From: Ancylonema sp.
Lineage: Eukaryota
NCBI GenBank assembly: GCA_050230475.1
Contig: JBFLGF010000140.1
Location: 1-64,000 of the forward strand
Direction: 5' to 3'
DNA: 64,000 bases
Part shown: piece by piece, positions 30,868 to 41,871 of the stretch
How positions within the stretch are numbered: the stretch's first letter is position 1
Layout: every line of letters starts with the position of its first letter
The notes under the pieces: model-generated
Seen by the model: only the letters and a program-made list of their open reading frames with translations
Database searches by the model: none
Told to the model about the DNA's origin: nothing
Position numbers and translations under genes: made by a program

Positions 30868-33800
30868 TATTGCAAAAGATCAAATATGGTACGTATTTTT
30901 GTCTTAGTTTTTTCGTCACATGCTTCATCCATAGGTATAATTTGTTTACATCTACATGGATATGTATAAAAAAATAAAATTTCAACTTATACTCACTTTT
31001 GTACGCTTCTCATACAAATAAAAAATAATTTACATGATTCAATGTTTTACTTAATAATCACAGAGGGCCACCAGTACAATATTAAACTTGTGGACAACAA
31101 TCAAAGTTTGAGCACGCATGTATTCTTTGTTTGGGCGTGCGTTTTGGATGTTTTCTAGGAAGTTCCGGACTCCCCACAAAAAATCAACACCTGTTTGTTG
31201 TCTTGACGTGTCGCCATGTCCGTATGCCCGAAATCCCGTGTCGGGGGGTTGAAATGCCGGATAGTTCAATCGTGGCTTGGATGTGTAAGGTTGGGCTACC
31301 CAAGCCCCAACCCCTGAGCCACATGGGGTTGAGCCACATCACTAAGAACCATTGGCTATACAAAGTGTACAGTTGTGCAACCCTTCCGTGATCTTTGATA
31401 TAAAACTATTTTAGGTGTAGGTCTTTTCGTGAAGTCAATGTCTCGTACGCCGTATTTCCGTACCACATCATTTTTTACGAATTATTCCGATTTTACATTG
31501 TGAGTAGGGTCGCACGTAAATATATACGTCCATTCCCTTTATAAGAAGCCGGCGGTTTTCGTTTGTTATTTCTTCGGAATCATCAAGTTGACAACATATG
31601 AAGGAAGCATTCGATTCGAAGGTTCGGAGGAACTCGGAGACCAACAATGCTTAATTGATAATGCATGTCAAATGTGGAACAAAAGGAGTACAATAGCATT
31701 GGAACACCTTGAACATTATGCACATGCTTGGATCCATATTTTTTTGTCCCAACACCCCACCACCCCTCCCCTTCTAGTATTTACTACCTTTGGTTGACTA
31801 TCTTTAAAACATTTTCATTCATTCATGTTATTATGAGCTCAAGATTTCGAGGCGTATGCAACTTAGACTCGACACTAAGATGGCACGTAATTCATGCGTT
31901 GGGTACAACATTCGCCCCATGCGTCCCACCACAAAACTTCGCTTCCCACCGATTTAACACGCACGTGGATGCTATTAATGACGTGCCACATGGAGTCGGC
32001 AGACAGCCTGTCGACGAAATCTCTCAAAATCACAGCCCTCCACAATACGCGACAACTACAAGTGATGGGATTCAGGGCAAATAGCTATAGAATTTCTACA
32101 AGGGTTGCAGAATAATTGATGATTGGTTGTTTCAGAATACGCACACGACAATGGTCACGATAAATCAAGCGTCACGGTGAATGAACGATTCACGAATTCA
32201 CGAACGGGTGCAGGCAACCCAAAGGGTGAATTGTCTGGCCAAGTGTGCACGAAACGGTGTAGCGAATGTCAAGGCGAAGCGGCACGCTTGACAACGATAG
32301 TAGACGATTCAGAGTACACAAATTCACAAAGATTGCAAAAGAGTTTGGTGAAATCCAGACAGCGTAAATTGACAGCGGAAGTTGGCACTTCACAAAGTGA
32401 CTTAGGCTTTAAAACAATCGACGCGACTTTTCGCACGCGGAACTTTCTAGATCTTATCTTGATCTACGGCTGAAAACAAATATCGACAAGAAAACTAATC
32501 TCGACTATCTATTATGGAGTTCTAGATTTTACACGTGCGGCAGCTCACTAGCCGGGCTGGCTAACTGAAATTAACTCGGCGCGCACTAGGAATCTCTAAC
32601 TCGTCGATACGACAAAAAACTCAGAATCAAAGTCTAAAAAATTGTACACCGGCTTTTCTAAACTCACTGAGTATAACAAAATTATCAAATTAAACGTCTG
32701 ACTGATCGAATTTCAGATAACGACAGAGTTCGATATCACGATAAAAAATCGACAATTACCAAAATTGCTATTTTTCAATCGAATCGACAATTAAAAAGTC
32801 TTTACTTTCTAACGATCTCTAGTGAAGTACGAAATTTTTACGACTCGAAAATAACGCGTGGCGTATTTTCCGAAGTCTAGAATCCAGGAGTCTTCAACAA
32901 ATAGCTGCGTGTCGATTTTTGTTAAAATCACAAGTCCCTTTCGACTTGTCGATAATCCCGGCGATTAAATCCAGCCGTAGAACTAGAGTATTATCTCGCG
33001 CCGTTTTCATCATGGCGCCGAGATTAATTGTGATGCTCTAGAAGCCAGCCTGTCGTTATCTTCGATAGCTTAACTCTAGTTAACTATGCGAGTAAGCACC
33101 GCGCAACAACTTTTGAGATAAAAGTCAATTTGTACTTTCAGATCTGCCACCTTCCGCTGTCAGATTGCGCTGTTAAGAAATCCCTTCCAACAATCTTTTT
33201 GTGTGTTATCTGAATCCTTGCAATTCTGTGAATTATGCATCCTTTCGCTTACGCGACTTTGCAACGTGCTCGCCTTTCGTCTCAACCTGACATCCGTCAG
33301 CCAGACGGTAAGTTTGCAAATCATTCTTTGCAATCTGTGTGTGTGTAATTTGATTCATCTGAATCTGTTGCTCACGCTCTTTCTAAGCCAGCCTTGCTAT
33401 CGACAGTAATTTCTTACATCGATCCGCTGACGCTCTCTTTGAGGCAGCAAGCGTGCGTGTGTGTCTGAAACATGTGTCGATTTGCCTGCGTTCGCTCCGA
33501 ACCGGCAATTTCCTTTGTGTGTGTGTGTTTGTTGTCGCTCGCTCCGAGACAGCATCTGCTGTTTACACCTGTCTGCTGACGCTCTTTCTGAACTAGCATC
33601 TTTTATCGACGCGCCATCGATACTTTGCTTTCGCACCAAAAGTAATTCTTACGGTTGTTAACCTTGATAGTCTGCATCAGAATATCTTGTTTGTTTTACA
33701 GCATTTTCTCATACTTTTGTACTGTAAACCATTCGTCAGCTTGCCCTCAGCGTTAAGTAGTGAATTTCACCAGACCGGTGAGACGTGTGATAGATATAAT

Positions 33801-33913
33801 ATTGATATCTCAGCAGAGACTCAATCTGCAATACTACTTCAATCCGACCGCGGAAGACCTTGATTTCGATAAATAAAAGTTTGAAACAAACGTTGTGACA
33901 AGAAAAAATTTCA

Positions 33914-36900
33914 TTGTACAACTTTGCCTTTCCTGACTACTATTTCAGTGACGATATACATTTTTCATCTTACAATTCAATGATAGACGTTCATAATCAT
34001 GGCCATTGGGTCGAAAGAGCATCAAAAATTGAATACATGTTGAACAAATTAACATCAAAGAAAGATCTGCTTTCTATAACGACAGATCTGGGACAAGATT
34101 TTCGATTTTACAAACTGGGACTTATTCAGAGTAAGATTGAGGAACAAAACCAAATGGTACACCTATTGTCATCTCATATGCGAAACAAACATTGGCGCAC
34201 GTCCAGATGTTACAAACATACAGGAAGAAGGAGTGGCAGGAGCACATCCCTCGCCATCTCACCATTCAGTTGCTTGAAGCAGAGGAGGTATGTAAAGCTA
34301 CATTGGCTTTTACACGATACGCGCAACCTAAGACTGAAGAAGTCGATCCACCAACTTACACGGATATGGCACCTTAGTCGGACATTTTAGCAGGATTTGT
34401 TCACATCTCTGATGAACAACTTGAACGGGTGCTAGAAAAATTCATGACAAAGCTTCGAACGACTACAACAGTCACGAAGATTGAACATAACCTGGGGTAT
34501 TCTATCGATAACTACCCATACCTTTCACCTCCATGCATCTCGACACCACTCGAGTCCGTGCAACAACAAGCATCAACCATACCTGAATTTGAGAAACCAT
34601 CCGATGTCATTGAAAAAGAATTACAATGTTATTTCTATGGACAAACAGGACATACAATGACCAACTGTCCACGGCGACGGAATTTGTTACTTGATTCACC
34701 TCAGGGTGACATATCACCACCACATGATTACCCTCGACAAGCAGAGATGCCACAACTAACAATGGCACTCTTTGTAATGGGACCACAAAACACCAAACCA
34801 CCGGTGATTCCTTGCAACGCCAGGTTGACAACCAGCTGGCATATACCAACCGCTGAAAAAAGTCAATCCATACTCACTATTGGTGGAGAAACACCTTCAC
34901 TGCCAATATTTAATTCAAGTGCGGAGAATGTTACCATCGGTACCAAATTTGCCAAACAACTCAAGCTCACACCACAAGACTTTGATCCTGGAGAAGAATA
35001 CGTAGCTTCAGATGGCAAATACCAACAATCTTTAGGCACAACCAAGAAAGCATGTACCATCACCATTGGACAGGGTAAAAACCATTCATTCGACACCTTC
35101 CGACAAATACGATGTTTTGTTGGGCAGTACTTTCTTGGGACCAATAGGAGGTATTACAGATCCATGGAGTCAACACTTTCATTACCGAGTCGACAGGCAG
35201 AAACAGGGTACACACCGTGCCTCAAGTCCAGCCAAATACACCTTGCCACACGCGGCATTGGTGCATTGTCAATACATGAATGAAGGTGTTACTTACACTT
35301 CTGTTGACACGTTCATGCAAATTCCGCACGAGGATTTGTCACATTCAACAGAAGAAGCCGACATTTTTACAAAATTTGAGTTTCGTATCATGGAAGAAGG
35401 TGTATATCACGAACCACAAAATTTTCCAGATGGACCCATCGACAAGGAGTACCAACCTCAGATGCACGAATGGGAAACCAATACCATGGTTTACCTTGCT
35501 ACAACCCAACATACAGACATTCGTCAAGCGCATCGACCACAACTTAATGCGACAGCCATAACAATGGCACACGTAAATGAGCACCATGCAGTCAACAACT
35601 TACAACCTTGCGTATCAACAGCGCACAATATTTGAGCAAGGCTATCGAAAAAATACAACACCAGCCATTACCACAATGGAACGCATGGAAAGGTAAACCA
35701 ATTCGCGATGCTGTACCAATTGACCCATATTATACAGCACGCTTACAACCTAAAGCGCTGCAAGATGGTTTACACATTTGGGAACCTTTTGGTGGAATGA
35801 GTTGCAGTGGCGCTATCATGCACTTTGTGGCCGGCAACAACATTGGTACATATACCCACAGTGACATTGACCAAGATGCACGTGACATTACTCGTGCCAC
35901 ATTACCCAAACTTCAAGTTCGATACCCAGGACAATTGCCAACCACTGCAATCAAAGGTTTCGATACTCGACTTTCTCATAATATTTCCAAAATATCAAAC
36001 GAAGATCTGGATGAACTGATCCTACAACGAGGACCTATTGACTTCATCTTCGCTGGCTGGGACTGTCAAATGGTCAACAAAGCCGGACAAGGCAAAGGCT
36101 ACTATGATCGACGATTTCCATACTTATTTGACCTCATTCGAGCCATCAATCATCTCATCAGAGTACAAAAATACCCACCAGTATTTATTTTGGAAAACAC
36201 ATATCCATTTGGAGACCTGGTGAAGGAAATTCGAGATACAACTACCCTCATCAAGTCTTTTTGGGGCTCTCCAGCAGTTGCCGACGCATGCAGTTTCGGT
36301 AGCATAGCCCACCGTGTTCGATGCATATGGACAAACTCGATATCACCAGATGTATTGGAAGTGGCTATTCCTGACACCACGGACTAACCACCTTTGTCAA
36401 CCATTCTTGAACCACATCATCGACCCAACAAGGTACTCAAAGATGATGAACCACCATTCACTCCGGTTAACAAAACTGGAGAACTCCGTCGTGCACTACC
36501 GACACGTGATTCGTACCCAGGAAGTTACCAATTTAAGTTTCAAGGGCACAATCAACGAGGCCCTGGAATGCTTTACAGCTCGGAAAAACATGACTGGGAG
36601 GAAGCGAATGTCTGGGAACGTGAGCGACTCATGGGTTTTGACAATGGAGATACATGTGCACCATGCATTTCTGAGAATACTCGGAAAGCAATGCTGGGAC
36701 GCACAATGGATCGCAACATGGCTAAATGGTTGGGCGGCATTCTCATGGCTATACATACACTCCCATCTTACAACCTTGCATAGGGTACACACCCCACCTT
36801 TCCAACCAAGGACAGGAGGGGGGGCAACTACCCTATTGCTCCATTATACCACACACTTTATTAAGATTTTGTGACCAATGATTTTTACAATAATAGGAAT

Positions 36901-37833
36901 CACCAACATCACACTTCAAGTGCGCAACGCCAACTTGCTGAGGATGCAATTCCTATCACTCAAGCACTATTGAGTGAAACCGATTATCAATCAACAATTG
37001 TCACTGATGACAACATGATTCCATCCAACCCAAATTCACCACCAAAAACTGAGGTGAAACCCGTTACATGGAAAATTGGCAACAATCTTACAGAGGAACA
37101 CAAACTCCAAATTATTGACCTTCTCGAGGAAAACCGCGATGTCTTTGCATTTTCTCCGGAAGAGTTACTTCCATCAAACAATACTCATATGAAAATTCCT
37201 TTGCAAACAACTCAACCAATCTTTCAAATCCCCCATCGTCTTTCTGACACCGTATGGAGTTTTGTTCGAGAAAACTGTCAAAAACTCCTCGAACTAGGCA
37301 TGATTCGCAAAAGTGACAATAATAATTACGCCTCGGCAACCGTCGTGGTACGAAAGAAGGACGAGAATGGACAACGCCAGTGTGGTGATTATCGCCCTAT
37401 CAACAACCACACCCAACAAGACAAGTATCAGCTTCCAAGAATTGAGGACAACTTTCAAGACATGAAAGAAGCAATTTTTTTTCGAGCACATCTTTCAGGA
37501 CATGAAAGAAACGAAAATCTTTACCAAATTGGATTTACGCCAGGGATACCCCCACATCCCTATCTCTGAAACGGACAAATGCAAGACTGCATTTTGGGGA
37601 GCTCACTGTCAAATTTATGAATGGACTATCGTACCATATGGACTCAAGAATGCACCACCATTCTTCCAACGTATCATAGACCGAATTTGGCACGACTCCG
37701 CAACTCGCGATGCTACATTGATGACAACAGCAACTGGAGCAATACTTTCGAGGACCACCTCCAACACCTTCGACAAGTCTTTCATCGCCTTCGGCAGTTC
37801 AAGCGGAAATGTCATCCTGGTAAGTGTTTATTC
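33914..37833 (+). mobile_element. Degenerate Ty3/Gypsy element A: gag - aspartic protease - C5 DNA methyltransferase - RT (3' truncated)
   Basis: Knuckle remnant CYFYGQTGHTMTNC (~34627); protease (FNSSA...YDVLLGSTFLGPIGG, 34900-35200); DNMT; then Gypsy RT (CGDYRPIN, YQLPRIED, KLDLRQGY, KTAFW, PYGLKNAP, YIDD, KCHPGKC; 37060-37833). Stops and frameshifts present; LTRs not identified. Confidence 0.9.
35740..36783 (+). pseudogene. C5-cytosine DNA methyltransferase domain within the retrotransposon polyprotein (one internal TAA)
   Basis: Ordered motifs: I EPFGG (35782-35796), IV AGWDCQ (Cys 36064), VI FILENT (Glu 36193), VIII HRVRCIW (36310-36330), IX ERERLMGF (~36616), X MLGRTMD (~36691). Same frame as the downstream RT; TAA at 36385. 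Confidence 0.88.
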
Positions 37834-40800
37834 TTACGAACTAACAAAAATTGTTCAAGAGGCAGGAGCCATGACAAAAGAACAACTGGCTAGGAGGTAT
37901 CTACCACATATTCCTCTACCGCTACAGCCTTATATCGACGACTGTCATTTTCGTGAATTAGAGGAAAGGTACTATAAGAATCCACCAGATCCTCCTATTA
38001 CCAAAAAGGAGATTATGGAGAAAGCCAACAAGGCTGAATTACTACGTATGAAACAAGACGCTAAGAACCGCGCAGCTTCATACACTCCATCTACTCCATA
38101 CAATGCTCCCAAACCAACAGGCGTATTGACACCACGACAGGATAACATCATGGAATGCTACAACTGTCATCAGACCGGACACCTTTCGCGTGACTATCCT
38201 GCACCAAGGAAACAAAACAACTTCCAGTCATCAGGTTACAGTCTGATAAAACTTCCAAAACCAACCAACCCTCAGGATCACAGTTCACGGGAGGTGCTTA
38301 CAGTAATGAAAACAGACAAACTTTCAAACCACGACCTTGTCACTTTGATGCAAAGCAATACACAGGTGATGCATTATGTGCATACTGTAAAGGGAAACAC
38401 CACACCCGAGACCAATGTCAGAAACTCGCCAAGGCACAAAACTTACCAACTCCCAGTACACCACCCAGTGCAGATATTCAACCCAAACAAATCGGGTGGA
38501 AGACTCCTGAGACGCAGACAAGTTACCTGGCCATGCAAGTAGACGACATGGCACGCCAACGCGAATTCGAAAACATGTCGCACCAGACAACGGACTCTGA
38601 GGTAATTGACCATACCATCCCATGTCAATACCTAATGTCCACCAGACGTTCACCACGGGTGGCTGCGAAAGAGAAGAAGAAACAAGCGGCTATTCAGAAA
38701 TAGACTCAATTTCATGTTCGTGTGGTCACTCTCAGCTCTGATGCAGTCTCACCATCTGAATCCACCACAGATTATCACACTCCACCTGTTGATACATCTG
38801 TGGCTGAGACGCAAGTACCACCCTTGCCTAACACTCTACGAGTTCATCATCAATCTGATCCTGAACCAAGTAGTTCTACCACTCCATACCCGGAGCCTCA
38901 TCCACAGACATTGCTTGAACAACGAATAAGAGAGGGGGAGGATTATGGTCGCAGACGGGGGTACATTACAAAAATGCCAGACTCATTTGTACCTGATTTT
39001 CCTAACATCTTGGAAGCTGGCACTACAAACATGAACCAGTTCCATGATACTGCTGCTCCTCCACCCATGCCTTTACCTCAGGCACAAGCTCTTCAGGACA
39101 TGCTTCATGACCATGTCAATGTTTTGCGTGCACAACTGCAGATCGCAGAAAAGGCACGAGACAACGCGGCTGCACTTGTCAGCTCCATGCAAGAACCTGC
39201 AGCCCAATACACCACCAGTCAGGATTTCACCACTGCTTCACCACACAACTCTTAGGACACCAAATATGGCATTGCACTCCTTCGCAACAACCGTGGGGTG
39301 TTAACAATCATGAATGAGAAATCAAACAAGGTGGTAGTAGACAGTGGTGCAATCAAAACCATGATTGGCAGAATCATGGCATCCAAACTTGGAATCACAC
39401 CAAACATGTTGAAACTTGGAACACCATACATTATTGCATGTGGTGCTTAGGAAATCAGTCTCGGTTTAACAAAAGAAAATTTTCCAATTACCATTGGCAG
39501 AGGCACACCCAACCCAACCACCATTTATATGGAACTCCATATGTCACCATCCCGAGAATATGATGTCTAGCTGGGCAATGAAATTCTTGGACCCATTGGT
39601 GGATACTCTGACTCTTGGCAACATTTGTTCTTCTATAGGGCAGATTGGGAAAGGGGTGGTCTGTGCCTAGCGTCTTTACCACTCACAGTCCGACATCAGT
39701 CCAACAAATTGGAAGTGTATATGACAGACAGTGTTTCACCATCTCTGACCCTCACACCTAGGGATCGTGCTGCAGCTCTCCAACAGAAGGAGAAGAAGGC
39801 CAAAGCAGACCAATCTGCCAGAGACCGTGAATTTGCACGTGTCAGCCCACGCCATTCCATTCAATTCGGCTCCCAATCCGAGGAGGCCGTCTCGCCTACC
39901 GTACCACCGGTCAAAGTTGTAGCAGGTGATTATGAGGATAACTACCCCCCTACACCTGGCTCCAAACGCATCGACCCTCCACCTAAGTTCACTGCGGATG
40001 ATGGGGAAGTAGAAGAAACTTTAGATACACCTCAGCAAACACTCGTACGCCAACGACTGTATGGTAAAATTGAGGACAAAATCAAACGCAGATGCATTCT
40101 TGAGGCCTTAGAAGAAGCCAAGTTTATGGATTTCAACAAACCACTCTCAACACGAAGTACTGTGTGTCAAACATTCCTACGCACCGCTGGATTTGAACAC
40201 ACAACCACTCCTGCTCATATCCTTATGGAATTAGATACCTCAACCATTCCATCCTTAGATATTCCAACCACACCTACATCACCTCCACATTCTCTACCTG
40301 CTCTTGACACTCAGTTTCTTTCAACCATTCCTTTGGATACAAACCTCTCCCGCGTTCACAACACGACATTCGAACCAGATGAGCTTCACGAGCTTAACGA
40401 AGACGAGTTGCGCAACCGCTACCATTAAATGATCTCGGAAAAGAAACAGTTCCAAACGATTGTCTTCAAACATGCCAAAATAGAGTCAGAGGCAACGATT
40501 TCACGCATAACAGAAAAACTCATCCGGGAGCATAACTTAGTGCTCCACTGCAAAGATGAGCAAGCAAAACTCGACGTGGCTGCAGCTCGTGAGGAGGAGA
40601 ACACGAAATGGACTTACAGATATGACCTTCAAGTGGACACACTCAATTCCACTTGGACAGACAAACTGCAGGACCTGGTTGTTCTCCACAAGAGGAAAAT
40701 CTAGGAAGTTCGTCTCGAGGATGCTCGTCTGGAACAGCGGCCGCACATGGAGATCGGAAAAAATATCCTGCGAGGAGAGCAGTCAGCACTAATTCCCATC

Positions 40801-41871
40801 TCCCCATTTACCAGCTCCGCACCCTCCACGTCCATCAGTCATGCACCTTCTCCTGCGACAAGCACCCCTACCCCACCAACAGGTGATACCATGGACACCT
40901 CAGAGGCAAGCACACCTGCTACCACTACTGCACGCAAACGGGAGGCGCATCCTACTCACCCCATTTCCCCGAGTGAAGCACGTCCCGCCAACCGGCAGCG
41001 GATGCAGACGGCATCACCAACCAAAGAACCTCAACGCGTAGAGGCCTACCTGATGGATAGTCGACGGTCTACACCTACAACTCCTAGCTCTTTGTCTCGG
41101 CCAACCACTACTGAGGACCTTGGGCAAGCCATCGTAATGGCAATGGAGATGGAGGCAGTTGAAAATAGGTCACTCAGTGCCTATACAAACCTGCGCGACC
41201 CTAGAGACAAAACCGACGTCGCTCAACGCTTGGCACGCACAAACATTAGTGTGTCAGATTTTACCTTCCGACTACCATTCTTTCGACCACCTATGGCGCA
41301 CCTCCTCAACATAGGCGCTATCCCGAAGGCCTTCTCCGGAGCTGATCGCACCAAATTGGCAGATTCTATCTACGCGCCAGTCATACTGCATTACGGAGAC
41401 GACCACTACCAGACCATTCGGCGAAATGGCCAAAATTATATTCGGGAGACACACCTCAAAATGGACCATGACTACAAACCCATCCCACTATCAATCAAAT
41501 AGTCAGATCCCACATTTCAAGTGGCTTACGAACCTCCCCGCACGATCATTTCCACGCAAGCAGCATCTGAAGCACGTGGACTGCACATCTACATCCCATT
41601 CGGCACCCTGGAGATTGTGGAGACATGTCTCGAAGGCGGCTCCATCGTGGCCCACGTCACGCCGCAGACAGACTGCATCCACACCAAAAACCGCTATCGT
41701 CACAAGTTGCGCCAACTTCAACTCCGCTTCCCAGACTAGCTGCCAAACTTTGCAATCAAACACTACGATGAGATCCTCTCTACCAGCGTCACCGACACGA
41801 CTACGGAGCAGATGGATGCTCTCTTTCGTCAGAAAAGCCCCATCGACGTGGTCGGTGGTAACTATCAAACT
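37834..41871 (+). mobile_element. Second degenerate Gypsy-like element A2: gag - protease - long linker - DNMT-like domain (truncated at both ends)
   Basis: Knuckle CYNCHQTGHLSRDY (~38156); protease VVVDSGA (39331) ...YDV*LGNEILGPIGG, homologous to the element A protease; a single frame from 38641 to 41871 with 8 point stops; the C-terminal part aligns to the element A DNMT. Confidence 0.75.

Noticed and set aside
33011..33022. CA-TGGCGCCGAG as LTR end plus PBS for element A
   Set aside because: The match is too short and there is no second LTR to confirm it.
35608..41871. Alternative genetic code (TAA/TAG read as Gln), suggested by TAR stops at Gln-like positions
   Set aside because: Host genes here end in TAG (MFS, 10615) and TAA (SQE, 20703) at their expected C-termini, and the intact host exons I translated show no internal TAR codons. 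C>T decay explains the pattern better.
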